A DNA stretch of 64,000 nucleotides from assembly GCF_036321535.1 (NCBI RefSeq), contig NC_087437.1, positions 119,600,001 through 119,664,000 of the forward strand. Reading direction: 5' to 3'. The translations under genes were made by a program, and so were the position numbers. The notes under the pieces are model-generated. The model had not been told where the DNA came from. It made no database searches and worked only from the letters and a program-made list of their open reading frames with translations. Origin of the DNA: Camelus dromedarius. Lineage: Eukaryota. Below, one piece after another: positions 51,701 to 63,634 of the stretch. Position 1 is the first letter of the stretch. Every line of letters starts with the position of its first letter.

Positions 51701-54700
51701 TCTCTGAGTTGGTGTCTGGGAGCTGTCTGCAAACAGTGGCCGCAGTGCCTGTGTGCTTCTGGACCTTTCCGCTGTTGGTAAAAGTTGCCTTCTCTATGTT
51801 GGCGGCGTTATCCCTGCAGGTGTATGGTAAACATCCTGGCTGATTCGTGGTTTTCTGCTGACAGCAATCAGCAAACATGAGCTACTCTACAAGAAGTTCC
51901 TGAGGTCATAAGCCCAAAAGGGCTACAAAATTCCACTGCCTTAGTACGAGCATAATAAATTATAGCCAGCAGCCCTGAGCTTGGCTTCTCTTGCCCTTCA
52001 GCCCAGTGTATAAGCGGTAACGTCCTAAGGGGCAGCGGCACTTTTCTAGTGCTCTGTGAGAAATGACCATGAACTTAACAGCTAGAACAACACACATTTC
52101 TTATCTCCTAGTTTCCCCAGTGGCGTTGGCGTAGTTGAGTCTTCCACTCGGGGTCTCCCAAGGCCGCAGTCAGGCTTTGGCTGGGGCTGGGGTCCTATGT
52201 GCGGCTGGGGGTCCTCTCCCCAGCTCACGTGGTTGTAGGCTGAATTCCTTTCCTTGAAGCTGTAAGAGTCCTGGTGGCTTGCTTCTTTCTGTTCAGCTGG
52301 AATTTCTTAATTTTAGCACTGCTAGCATCACTTGGGGAGCTGAGGCTTTTCAAAATCCTCAGGTGCTGGTTCATTTTTGCTGGATGGTTCTCCTCTCAAT
52401 TTATCTCTCTCTTCACACGTTTTACTATAAGCAGCAAGAAGGAGCCAAACCTTCAGTGCTTGGCTTGGAAATGTCCTTACCTACATAGGAACTTCTTCAC
52501 TTACAAGCTCTGCTTTCTATGGACAATGTCACTAAACTCTTTGCCACCACATAAGAGGGATCCCCTTCTGCGGTGTCCTACCAGTGTCTCACTCCACCCC
52601 GCGTCCTCACCAGTGACACCTGGGACATCCACATTCTATTCACAGTCTGTCCGAGTCATTCAGACTTTCTTGACCGTGCTTCCCAAAATTCTCCCAGCCT
52701 CCCCCCTGCTCAGTCTCAAAGCGGCTCCCAAATTTCAAGTATTTGTCACAACAGCTCCCTACTCTTGAAACCAAATTTTGTATCAGCAAAGACTAACCAG
52801 AGGAGTTGAACCAGTAATTTTTATATTGTGTATTTATCTAATACATGTTTAAAGTATATTATTTTATTATTAATATATGTTAATATATTGATAATACAAA
52901 TAATTTATATTTGTTATATTACTATAATATATACATATATCACATACCATCTAGATACATACACATATATGGACTTATCATAAGAAATCGCCTTGTGAGG
53001 TTGTTGGGGCTAAGCAAGCTCAGGCAAGAAGAAAGGGAAGGCAACCACAGCAGGCTGGACACCCATGGGTCAGTGGAACTTGTCACCTGTGTGTGACAAT
53101 TGGGGAGGACCACCCAGGCAGATGGAGAACAGTTAACTGCAGACACAGCTGCTATTTGGAACCTCTGAGCTCAGGGAAGACCTAAGCCTGTTCTGTTTTT
53201 TTAAACCCCTTTATTGTGGTGTGGCTCCTGTACCATAAACTCCACATATTTCAGATGTACAGTTTGATGGTTTTGATAGATGTCCACACCCCTGAAACCA
53301 CCACCACAATCAAGATAGTGAACGTTTCCATCGCTCCCCAAGTGCTGCAATTTTCGAATTCCCAATTTATCCCTTCCCACCCCCTTCACCCCCGGTAACC
53401 ATAAGTTTGTTCTCTGTGTCTGTGAGTCTGTTTCTGTTTTGTAGATAAGTTCATTTGTGTTCTTTTTTTAAGATTCCACATATAAGTGATATCATATGGC
53501 ATTTTTCCTTCTCCTTCTGGCTGACTTCAAAACCTCAGCCTTTTTCAAAGTCCTTCCAACTGAAGAAGTGAGGCCCACCCAGGATAGTCTCCCCTTTGAT
53601 TAACTTAAGGTCACCTGATTAGAGACCTTAATTACATCTGAAAAACCTCTTTGCAGCAGCACCTGGATTTGCATTTCATTGTATAGCTGAGAAAAGTTGC
53701 GTGTATGCTTTTGACCGTGACCTAGTCTGCCTGTAGAAGAGATAATTAAATAAAAAATAAGCTAGTGAAATAAATTATGATATGGCCATACAGTAGAATA
53801 CTTGAAGTTTTAAAAAATGATGATGAGGAAGTATTTTATGTGCTGTTAGTTTTTTAAAAATCCAAGATAAGTTGCAGAACAATGTGTGTAGGATAGCACT
53901 GCTTGTGGGGAAGGATGAAGTGAAACATGCGCATCTGTACACAGATGCACAATGTGTACGCGTGTTTATGCCTAAAAGTTCCCTGGAAGGGAGGACCTCT
54001 AGAAACTTCTAACCATGGCTCCCCACAGGGCTGAGGGTGGGGGACTGGACAACAAGACAGGGTGGGAGGGAGAATTTTCACTCTCTACCACTGCATAATT
54101 TAAAATTTTTTGAACCATAGAAATGTATTACTTATTCAAAATATAAATTGATCAATTTTAAGTTAAAAAAAAAAAGAATATAAGAAAGTTGGGTCAAAGG
54201 GTAATAAAGGGAGAAAAGTCAGACAAACTCAGGGCCACACTTTGCACACACTATGCTCGCTGTGCGGCCCCAGCTCCGAGCTCTCCCCCACCCCAGGTGG
54301 AGGGGGACTCGCTTCCACAAAGTGATCACAGCTGACCGAGGTGCGGGTGTGGACCAGTTGTTCCATAAAAGCACAATTTTGCGGGTGTAGGCACGACCAC
54401 GGGTCCAGAGGCCACGGCAAAGTCACAGGGACTACAGAGATAATCAGATCAGTCATCCTCCCTGAGAGCTGAGAATGCCCGGGCCCAGGGAGGTGGGGGG
54501 CTGGCGGCATCGCTAGATGAAGGAAGCACTTGCTCCGTTTTAGACCCAGCCCAGCCCGTCACCTGGTCTGACGAGCTGTTAAGGAGGAACAGGAGCGGAG
54601 GTGCTGGTCCCACCCTAAGTGGCCGCCTACTTCCACGGAGCATGGGCTCCCCTGTGGCCCCTGTCCCTCAGGACGAGAGAGCCTCCCTGTCACCAGACAA

Positions 54701-57700
54701 CTGGCAAACTGGATGTCTCTAGAACCATGCAGCAAAGACTCTGTAGAAAATGAGCCTGTGGCTGTTACATTTCTCACCTCACAGTGAATCTGTCAGTCAC
54801 CCTTCGCCAAAATAACCATTCCAGCCTTTAAGCAGGTCATATCTGGGGCTGTTCTTTCTAGAAACAAGCTTCCCCTCAGGAATTAATAAGTATTAACAAG
54901 AATTACAGCAAAAGGAGAGAAAACTAGGTACTGGGCTAGGCTGTGGGGCGTCTGACTGGCCGTGTTTGAGCAGCACTCCATCCTCACTGGAGCAGCAGTG
55001 AGACAGTGTGTCATGTGACTGTGGGCAGAAAGGCAGGGAACCACCCTGCTGTCAGACTCAGCTGTCCCAGCTAAGTCTTCTAAAGCTGCCAAAGTTGTAC
55101 TTTATTAAACACTTAAAGCCTTTAAGATCAGAAATGGCCCTAGAATGTCTAGGCACATCACTGGTCTTTTGAGCACTGGGCAGTGTGGTCAGACGGCACT
55201 GTCCCAAGGCTACCTGCATGGCGGACAGACAGACCGCGGTTCAGACGCTGGACCAGTATCCCCGACAGTGTCAGCACAGGGTCCGCACTCGGCACAGGCA
55301 AGCCAGCAGGGAGAACGGCTGGCCTTCACGTGGCGATGCGGCCTTGGGGCAAGAGCTCGGGAGTCCGGATTCACAGGACAACAAAATGAGCCTGCAGTCT
55401 TTGCTCCTTACCTTGAAGAGAAGGCTCAGAGGTGACCAGAGGGACAGTGGTGGAGGAGAGTATTCAGGAATCACAGCAGTTCTCGACTCTCCACAGAGAA
55501 GGACGGACGTGGCACCCCCCTCGCACAGAGAGCGGAGGAGCCGCACATGTTCGCGCTCAGAGAACCTTCCGTCTCCTTCTGGCCAGGATGAGATTACAAA
55601 CAGTACATACCCGGTGACTTTCCAAAACCACAGTGCGAGCTGGTGGCAGGTAGCTCAGACATAGTGAAGCACTGTCGTGGGCTGCATTGCGTCCCCAGAA
55701 TTCAAATGTTGAAATCCTCACCCTCGGCACCTCAGAATGTGACTGTATTTGGAGGTGGGTTTTTAAAGAGGTGATGGACATAGAGTGAGATCATCAGGCT
55801 GGGCCCTGATCCATCTGACTGGTGACCTTGTAAGAAGAGGAAACTGGGCCTGAGACACACACAGAAGGGTGACCGTGTGGGGACACAGGGAGGAGACGGC
55901 ATCCACAAGCCAAGGCGAGAGGCCTCGGAGGAGCCAGCGCCGCCCCACCTTGGCCTTGGCTCCCAGCCCCCGGACCCGAGAGGAGGAGGTCGGCTGGTGA
56001 GCCGCCGCCTGGCGCCTCGCTGCGGCAGCCCTAACGGCCCGCACACTGTAGGTGAACCGTGCACTGGGCCTCTGAAGTTTAGGGGAAAACGGAAATACTA
56101 AAATGCTAGGTTCTTTCCTTTCCCTCTCGTCGCCAACCTAGATCATGTTTCATTTGAAAGCCTCGCCCTCCAAAAAAAGATTCCGTTTTCTCTCTGACTG
56201 TAAACTGCACAGATGTTATTTATAGATAAAGACCCGTGCCACCTGCACCGCGGCCGCCCGCCTCCGGGAAGAGGAAGCCGCCGCGCGGTGGGCGGCGGCG
56301 CGCCTGCGGGGGAGGGGGGGGGCGGGGGGAGCGCGGCGGCCCGAGCGCCCGCCGGTGGGAGCGGGAGCCCCCGGGTTCTGCGCGCTGACACCGGCCGCGG
56401 GGGCGCACGCGAGCCCAGTAGACCCGTCCGCCCTGAATGCCGCCGTCCCGCCAAAAGGGGCTCAAGGCCGCAGAGGAAGCAGCAGGCGAAGGGAAGGCAC
56501 CGCTTGCAGCCGGTTTCGGAAACGCGTTGCCAACGTCCAACCACCGCGGGCGCGGAGGGCGGGCCGGGCGGCTGCGGGGTGACAGGCAGGTGGCCTGAGC
56601 CCCAGGGCCGCTGAGACTCGGGAGCAACGATGCCCCTCCCAGCGCGGGACCTTGCTGGGGTCTCCGGAGGGACGCCTGGACTGCCGTCAGCTTTGTGAGA
56701 ATCTGGGACTTGGGGCCCCTCTGCGAGAAAGGCAGACATTTACAGATGGGCTGAGTAAGAAGAAACACCACGTTCATGATGGAGAAAATCAATCCTGTCC
56801 GTCATTTCCAGGTTTCGTGACATTCGAGGGACAGTCCCAAGGGGATCATTTGTTGGGCCTTCACTGAATGATTGAAAAGTTTATCTGGGAGAGTAAACAG
56901 GAGAGGAGAGTTGAGAACACTTTGAACAGTAAAGATGAGGAGAGGAGAGACTTACCCTGCCAGATAGTAAAAACACGCCGTCTGCATGTGATATGGTACC
57001 GCCTGGAAGGAAAGGGAAAAGGCAGCTCCAGGGAACAGGTGGATGGCAGGGGGAGAGACCCGGCGTACTGGGAGGTTGTGTCTGCTGGGCGCCTCAGAGA
57101 CAGGAGCGTAAATGGGTTCACAATAAATGGTGCCCTGCGTGACCTCACAGCATACACTGAAGTCAGCTCCTGACAGAGAAGAGAACTCGAGAGAGAAAGA
57201 AAATCATTTCAAAATAGAAGGCAGTTTAAATGACAGTATGTCTGAATGCTGGACTGGGGAGAGCTTTGAAAGCAGAGAAGCAGGTGGACACATCTTAGAG
57301 TGAAACTTAACAGACCCGTCATTAATAAGGATGATTAAATGCTTGAAATTTAAGGCTTCTGTAGGTTAAAAATCATAAATACATTACAACTTAAGAGCAA
57401 GATGGAGAAAAGGGAACCCTCCTACACTGTTGGTGGGAATGTAGTTTGGTGCAGCCATCATGGTAAACAGTATGGAGATTCCTCAAAAAACTAAAAAAAG
57501 ACTTACCATATGATCCAGCAATCCCACTCCTGGGCATATGTCTGGAGGGAACTCTAATTTGAAAAGATATGTGCCCCTCAATGTTCACAGCAGCACTATT
57601 GACAACAGCCAAGACATGGAAACAACTGAAATGTCCATCACCAGATGACTGGGTAAAGAAGCTGTGGTTTATTTATACAATGGAATACTACCCAGCCATA

Positions 57701-60048
57701 AGGAAGAATAAAATAATGCCATTTGCAGAAACATGGATGGACCTGGAGATTGTCATACTAAGTGAAATAAGTCAGAAAGAGAAAGAAAAATACCATATGA
57801 TATCTCTCATTTGTGAATCTAAAAAAAAGAAAAAAGAAGACACTAATGAACTCATCTACAAAACAGAAACAAACTCACAGACATAGACAATCTTATGGTT
57901 ACTGAGGGAAAGGGGGTGAGAAGGGATAAATTTGGGAGTTTGAGATTTGTAAAGGTTCACCACTATATATAAAAATAGATAAAAACAAGTTTCTTCTGTA
58001 CAGCACAGGGAACTATATTCAATATCTTGTAATAACCTTTAATGAAAACAAATACATGTATGTATATGTATGACTGAGACATTGTGCTGTGCACCAGAGA
58101 CCGACACATTGTAACTGACTATAATTCAATTAAAAATAATAATAATAATAATGATAAATAAAATAAAGAGCAAGATGGGAACAAGGCTTTTCAGAAAATA
58201 GTAATTAAGATGAAGTTCCCTTACCAGTGACTCAGGTGAGCAGATTACCTGCCTCCTCTTCCACTAGCATCAAAGGCCCAGGCATCCCTGGATGCTCTGC
58301 TGGCCGGTTGCTTTGTGTCTGACCCGCTGCCGTCTTCATTCCAGGCACCGTGATGGGTGGGCGTCAGAAGAGCGTCCACCATCTCTTGCCACCTGCGGCC
58401 TCTGGGCCCACCTGCCCGTCTCCCACCCATTAGACTAATGGTCCAAACTCCTGGCCAACTTACCAAATCCCATCCCTCCTGGGCTTCCAGTGCCCCCTCC
58501 CCCAGAGCACTGTGCCAGCATCATCTGCCGTCCCAAGACCTTCCCCAAGGGTGGCCACCCGCAAACAAACATGCTGTCACCCTCAAAGCAAAACCAAGCA
58601 CAAGCTCTCTTGCCCATCTCCCTCTCCAGCTCCTGCCCATCGCTCTGCTCTGATTGTATGTTTTTATTTTAATCAGCCTGGTTTGAACCCAGCCCGCATG
58701 CTACATACAGCAGGCTGCCCGCACTGTCAGGACAGCTGCAGTGGCACTCCTTTGCGACCACCAGCATGGGTGTTCAGATCCGGCAGGAAAGGGAACCAGA
58801 AGTGGTTGTAGATTGTTTTTGGATCGAGTTGATGAAGATGACCTTTCCCTTTATAACATGGATTTTCCCTGGGGCGCCCAGTCATTTCTTGCCCTCGGAG
58901 GATTTCCGTGACCACGGGCTCCTTCCTCACTCACACTCCTCCTCCGGCCCCTCCGTCATCCCTCCCCTCGGCGTCCCCCACTCACTTTCTAGAGTTCTCA
59001 TGGCGCTGGTGTGCTGTGACCTTTGCCCTCAGCCGTCCCCAGAGCTCCTGAACACCAGCCCACCCCAGGGGCACCTTTCCTGATCCACGGACAAGGAGAA
59101 ATTTCTCTCGGCTGCACCCACCCGCTGACTAGTCTGGGCCTTTCCGGGGCGTTCCCACGGTGCAGAACGTGCCTGCTCTGCTCGCCTGTCCCCGTCTCCC
59201 AGCCACAGCCACCTTTACACCTTCGGCTGTGTCAGAAGATGGGCCTGAAGAGGGTGATGTGCTGGTTTGCTCCGGTCCCTAACAAGACACCATAGGCGGG
59301 CGGCTTAAGTGACAGAGCTCATTCTTTCACAGTCCTGGCTGCTGGACATCCAAGATGGGGCTGCTTCCCCTGAGGCCTCTCCTTGGCGCGGGGATGCCGC
59401 TCCTCTGAGTCCTCACACAGTCGTCCCTCTGTGCGAGTCGGTGTCCTGACCGCCCTTCTCATTAGGACACCAGCCAGATTGAATCAGCACCCACCCTAGC
59501 AGCCTCTTTTTACTTGAATCAGCCCTTTAAAGGCCCCACCTCCACACAGGGGCACCTTTGGAGGTCCCAGGGGTCAAGACTGTAAACTTCAAGGGCACGC
59601 AGTTCAGCTCATAGCGGGGTGTGATGGCCTAACCCGCCCACCGCTTCCTGTACCCTCGCAAGCACGTGCTGACAGGGGCTTCCCGTGTCTGCCCCACACG
59701 GCATCCCCTTCTCCTCCCACAGGACGTACACCTTCAGTCTGGCCGCGGACCTGAGCTCCAGAAAGGACGGCGAAGCCAGTGGCAGACGAAATGGGGAGCC
59801 TCACCCTCCGCCCACGTCCTGGAGCGTCTGCAGCCTTCAGTCCCTACAGGTGACCAGGCCCCTTGATGTCAAAGTGAGCTGAGTACAACTGCGCTCGGTG
59901 TCAACTCCAGGTGTACACAGACCCTAGGGTGCGGCTTCTGTTTGGAGACCCTGCCACCCTGAGCTCAGAGCCGGGTGGGTCAGCAGGGGACCCATCTGTC
60001 TGCCTCTGGGTTGCTCTGTCTTGTCCACCCTGGGCAGAGAGTGACCCC

Positions 60049-60079
<31 letters not shown>

Positions 60080-62073
60080 TGTCTGCAAGAACGTGTAGTT
60101 CATGTCTGTAGCTTGGCCAGTCATAGTGCCAGGACCAGGGGCAGGAATGGGGCAGGACACGGCCCTCCAGGAATCCCCTCCTCCACCCTAATTCTCTCAA
60201 CAGCCAGCTGGCTCCCACCAAGAACCCACCAGCCTCCCAGCGGCTGCCTCCAGGCCAGACAAGACTGAGCCCAGGGCAGAGGACACTGGGATGCTGGGAG
60301 GGCAACGGGGTGATCTCTTTAGCCAGGTCCTCGGTGGGGGAGGACGGCCCAGGAAGAGGGGCTACTGCCTGTGAGCCAGGCTCCTGCCAGTCACAGACAG
60401 ACGAAGATGGGGCCGCCCCGTACTCGCTGCAGGGGAGGAGACCAGGCACGGACTCAGGTGGGGGCTCCCCGAGGCTACACCCTGCTTTCCAGGTTGAAGG
60501 AGGGGAGAAGCTGAATTGAGAGGCTCAGCCCCAAGCTCGGCCTCTGTCTGAATGTGCTGGTGCTTCACATGGGGGAGAACTGGCCCCATCGCCGTGAACG
60601 GAGCCCTCCCCTGGTCCGAGTTCGCCCCTTCCGGGTGGTAGGAAAGGAAAGCTGTGCCCACGGGCTTGCTGAGGTGGACGCGCAGTGTGCTGAATCGTGG
60701 CCCCGAAGACGTGAGGTCCTGACTCCTGCCACCTGCGAATGTCATGAGGAAAAGGGTCTTTGCGTGTGGGGCTGAGATAAGGATCTCCACGGGGAGATGG
60801 TCCTGGATTAGCCTACGGGCCTGAAATCTAATTACCACCATCCTCAAACAGGAAATGAGGGGAAGTGAAGCCCACAGACGAGGAGACACAGGCACGCAGG
60901 GAGCAGCCCTGTGACCACGGGACAGAGACTGGACCTTCCGCCACATGCTGAGGATGCCAGGGCCACCGGCAGCTGGAAGAGGCAGGAAGGGCCCTCTCCT
61001 AGAGCCTCTGAGGGGACCTGGCCCTGCAACACCTTGATTCTGGACTTCCAGCCTTCGGAACTGGAAGAGAATAAGTTTCTTTTGTTTCCAGCCCCCAGTG
61101 GGTGCTTCGTTACCGCCGTCCCGGGAAAGGCATCCACACCTTCGGTCTGCCATCCTGGAGACCCTGGAGATGAGTCCATCCCGGTCCCCATGGGCCTTTC
61201 CCTTGATTATTACACTCCGATTGCAAACCTCTGTGCTTTGAAATTCAGATGCTCTGGCTCTTCCAGGGAAGGAATGCCTCAAACCCAAAACCTCAGCCCG
61301 AGGCAGCGGCGACACTTTGAGACAGTCAGCAAGCAGACCAGCGCTGGGGCCCGTGTGTGCCCCACAACCCACTCGGGGATCAGCCCCAGCAGGGGATGGG
61401 ATGGACAAGGTGCCCTGGCATCAGTACCGGCAATTCCATGTGGACAGACTTGAGCTGTAAGACGAAAGACAGCCTTGCCCTTGGAACTACCCTGGGTGGG
61501 CATTGGCATCCAGAGCCAAACATCCTTTGCTCCTTCTCAAAGTCACCCCACATCACAGCCTGGAGGTGACCCTTGGGTTAATTCACCAAAGCACTGACCT
61601 CCCCAAGAACAGAGGTGGCCATGCTCCCTGCAGTTGTGAGTCTCAAAGGCCATCGAGCCCCTGCCCAGCGCAAAGGAGGGCTGCCTCAGACCGACCTGCT
61701 GCTCCCCTGGCCGCACGCTGCTGACCTCCATCAGGGCCTTTCTCCTGCCAAAGGAAGGTATACAGGGTGAAACAAAACGCCGTTTCCCCCAGCACCCAGC
61801 CAAACAGAAAACCACCAGCTGTGGGAAGGAAGAATGGCCAGCAAGAAAGAAGCAAGAGGATGGATGCAGGCCTCCACCCCCCAGCGCTCAGAGCTGAGCA
61901 CATGCCCTGGCACCAGGCGGGGAGCCACCTTTAACACACCAAACCAGGCTGGTCCTGGAGGGCCCCTCGGAGGAGGATGAGTCCCAGCAACAGAGATTAT
62001 GATGGATGGATGGATGGAAGGAAGAAAGGAAGGAAGAGAGAGAGACAGAGAAGGAAAGGAAGAAAGAAAGGAA

Positions 62074-62153
<80 letters not shown>

Positions 62154-63634
62154 GAAGGAAGAAAAGAGGAAGGAAGGAAGGAAGGAAGGAAGGAAGGAAG
62201 GAAGGAGGAAGGAAGGAAGGAAAGAAAGAAAGAAAGAAAAGAAAGATATGTACAGAAGGTTCGACTGACCGTTTTTCAGCGTTCCTATGGTGCAAAGGCA
62301 ACATGCATTTGGTGGAATTTTGAATACTTGCGTTTTGAGTGTGGCTCTTCCCCTGGACTAACGATACGCAGCGCGATCCTCCCTCGTGCTGCGCGGCAGA
62401 GGCAGCCCCCGCTCGCCGTCAGCCGCGCGATCACGAGGGCGAACCACCGACGCACTGAGAGCCGTGCCGGACTGAGCCCCCCATTCTGTTTCTCACTTTC
62501 TGTTGGGAATTCAATCAATTGCACACGACTTTCAACGCTTTATTATAAATAGGCTTTGTGTTGGGTGATTTTGCCCAACCACAGGCTAATGAAAGTGTTC
62601 TGAGCACGGTTAAGTTCAGGTTGACTGAGCTATGATGTTTGGTAGGTTGGGTGTATTAAATGCATGTTTGACTTAAGAGATTTTTAATTTACGATGGGTT
62701 TATGGAGGCGTAACCCCACCATGAGTCAAGGAAGATCTATATATTTATATATGTATATGTATACACACACGCACATTGATTACACACGTCTATCATATGA
62801 GGTGCATTACATAATCTATAATACTATACATCACTATAATGTCATGTGTACACATATGGTTGCTTTTAGACAGATACAGGTAATGCCCTAAGAAGTCACT
62901 GTGGAGGGATGCGGTGGGCTGCGTATTTGTGCCCCCCCCCAATTCACATGGTGAAATCCTGTTGGTTCATGTGACACGTGAGGAGGTGGGGGCTTTTGGA
63001 AGGTGGTTAGGTCATGAGGGTGGAGCCCTCGTGACTGGGATTAGTGACTTGATGAGAAAGACGCCGAGACCCCCTCACCCAGCTGCACTGCACGCTGACC
63101 CCGGGCACCCTGAGACTCCTGGGCACCCTGAGACTCCCAGTCCCCGGAACTGTGAGACGTAAATCCCTGTTGCTCCTAAGCCAGCCAGGGCACATCATTA
63201 GAGCAGCCTGAAGGGACTGAGACAAGGGGTGAGGGCTTGGAGGACAGGAGAGTAGACACTGGATGTGCTGTGGGGTGGGTTGTTCCACCGTCTTTCCATT
63301 TCCTGTGTACGTGATAATGCCCATAAAATTAAAAGTCGCCAGAAATTGAAGCGTTCTCCACCTGCAATTCCTCGTCCCCTTCACCGTCACGGCTCTGGTG
63401 ACACGGGCGGGAGCTGCTGCACAAGGAGGGAGGCAGGTGGCGCCCGGTCCAGCCCTGGGATGAGGGGAGATGTGTGGGGCAAGTCTAACCATGTGGGTGT
63501 TAAAGCGCACGTGCCCTTCTCTCCGCCGCTCCAGGCCACGGCAGCGAGGAAGAGCATTTTGGTGGTGCGCCACGGCGAGAGACTGGACCAAATCTTCGGG
63601 AAGTCGTGGCTGCAGCAGTGTTCCACTCTGGACG
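39588..63634 (+). CDS. UBASH3A: Ubiquitin-associated and SH3 domain-containing protein A (TULA/STS-2), 5' partial CDS: join(39588..39700,41611..41664,44069..44255,47117..47315,50503..50672,51473..51681,59723..59849,63535..63634); continues beyond window
   Basis: Eight GT-AG exons in consistent phase. Starts [34 protein letters not shown] and contains the UBA MGF motif, two HxT motifs, the SH3 motif GFLPENY and the phosphatase RHGE motif. Confidence 0.97.
41611..41664 (+). CDS. UBASH3A: UBASH3A exon 2 (UBA domain)
   Basis: 54 nt; [19 protein letters not shown]; ccctacag| and |GTGAGT. Confidence 0.95.
44069..44255 (+). CDS. UBASH3A: UBASH3A exon 3
   Basis: 187 nt; [62 protein letters not shown]; ttgcag| and |GTGAGT. 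Confidence 0.96.
45474..45952 (+). mobile_element. ERV1-like solo LTR, family A copy 5 (UBASH3A intron 3, sense)
   Basis: TGTAAATGAAAAATAT start; CACACACAGAAAAGCGCTAAATTCCTT shared with copy 1; AATAAA at 45902; TTCAGTCGGCA end. Confidence 0.8.
47117..47315 (+). CDS. UBASH3A: UBASH3A exon 4
   Basis: 199 nt; [66 protein letters not shown]; cctcag| and |GTAGGC. Confidence 0.96.
48592..49008 (+). mobile_element. MaLR LTR (MLT1C-like)
   Basis: TGTCATGGGTTGAA...CCTTATTTGGAAATAGGGTCTTTG...GCCAAGGAAGGCCAGGAGCCACCAGGAGCTGGA. Confidence 0.8.
50503..50672 (+). CDS. UBASH3A: UBASH3A exon (end of 2H-like domain)
   Basis: 170 nt; [57 protein letters not shown]; ttcacag| and |GTGAGC. Confidence 0.96.
51473..51681 (+). 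CDS. UBASH3A: UBASH3A exon (SH3 domain)
   Basis: 209 nt; [70 protein letters not shown]; ttctag| and |GTGAGT. Confidence 0.96.
52040..52790 (-). mobile_element. MaLR (MLT1-type) LTR fragments
   Basis: AACAACACACATTTCTTATCTC...CAAGGCCGCAGTCAGG antisense MLT1 pattern; boundaries approximate. Confidence 0.55.
53195..53530 (-). mobile_element. Two short antisense L1 3'-end fragments
   Basis: CACCCCTGAAACCACCACCACAATCAAGATA and GGTAACCATAAGTTTGTT...AGATTCCACATATAAGTGATATCATATGG. Confidence 0.7.
55673..56045 (+). mobile_element. MaLR LTR (MLT1B-like)
   Basis: TGTTGAAATCCTCACCC...CCTCAGAATGTGACTGTATTTGGAG...GACTGGTGACCTTGTAAGAAGAGGA. Confidence 0.75.
55900..56660. promoter_or_regulatory. Intragenic CpG island in UBASH3A
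   Basis: Very GC-rich with dense undepleted CpG (GCGGCCGC, CCGCGG, GGCGCGCC, ACGCGT), unlike its flanks. Confidence 0.8.
57406..58165 (+). mobile_element. Young 5'-truncated L1 with perfect TSD
   Basis: 13-bp TSD AAGAGCAAGATGG at 57393-57405 and 58166-58178; TT|AAGA endonuclease-type site; (AAT)n/A-rich tail; ORF2 C-terminal peptide WKQLKCPS...[12 protein letters not shown]. Confidence 0.93.
59258..59615 (-). mobile_element. MaLR LTR (MLT1-like)
   Basis: GGCGGCTTAAGTGACAGAG...TCACAGTCCTGG...AGGACACCAGCCAGATTG antisense pattern. Confidence 0.65.
59723..59849 (+). CDS. UBASH3A: UBASH3A exon (linker)
   Basis: 127 nt; [42 protein letters not shown]; cccacag| and CAG|GTGACC. Confidence 0.93.
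60680..61138 (+). mobile_element. MaLR LTR (MLT1C/D-like)
   Basis: CTGAATCGTGGCCCC...AAAAGGGTCTTTGC...CAGCTGGAAGAGGCAGGAAGG...AACACCTTGATTCTGGACTTCCAGCC. Confidence 0.75.
62001..62244. repeat. Compound (GGAT)n-(GAAA)n-(GGAA)n microsatellite
   Basis: Direct reading. Confidence 0.95.
62252..62740. mobile_element. Tigger4-like (TcMar) DNA transposon
   Basis: CTTTATTATAAATAGGCTTTGTGTTGGGTGATTTTGCCCAAC...GCTATGATGTTTGGTAGGTT...TTACGATGGGTTTAT...CGTAACCCCA. Confidence 0.75.
62910..63224 (+). mobile_element. MaLR LTR (MLT1A-like)
   Basis: GGAGGTGGGGGCTTTTGGAAGGTGGTTAGGTCATGAGGGTGGAGCCCTC...GGGACTGAGACA; flanks AGGGA/AGGGG (5-bp TSD). Confidence 0.75.
63535..63634 (+). CDS. UBASH3A: UBASH3A exon (start of histidine phosphatase/PGM-like domain)
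   Basis: 100 nt; [37 protein letters not shown] at 63568-63579; ctccag| and G|GTAGGT. Confidence 0.96.

Noticed and set aside
56143..56792. Several 130-200 aa ORFs over the CpG island
   Set aside because: Expected from extreme GC content; open frames on both strands and no domain signal.
60362..61408. 348-aa minus-strand ORF
   Set aside because: Largely an antisense reading of an MLT1 LTR and GC-rich intron; no protein family motif.
61888..62552. K/E/R-rich and F/L/S-rich ORFs
   Set aside because: Translations of the GAAA/GGAA microsatellite.
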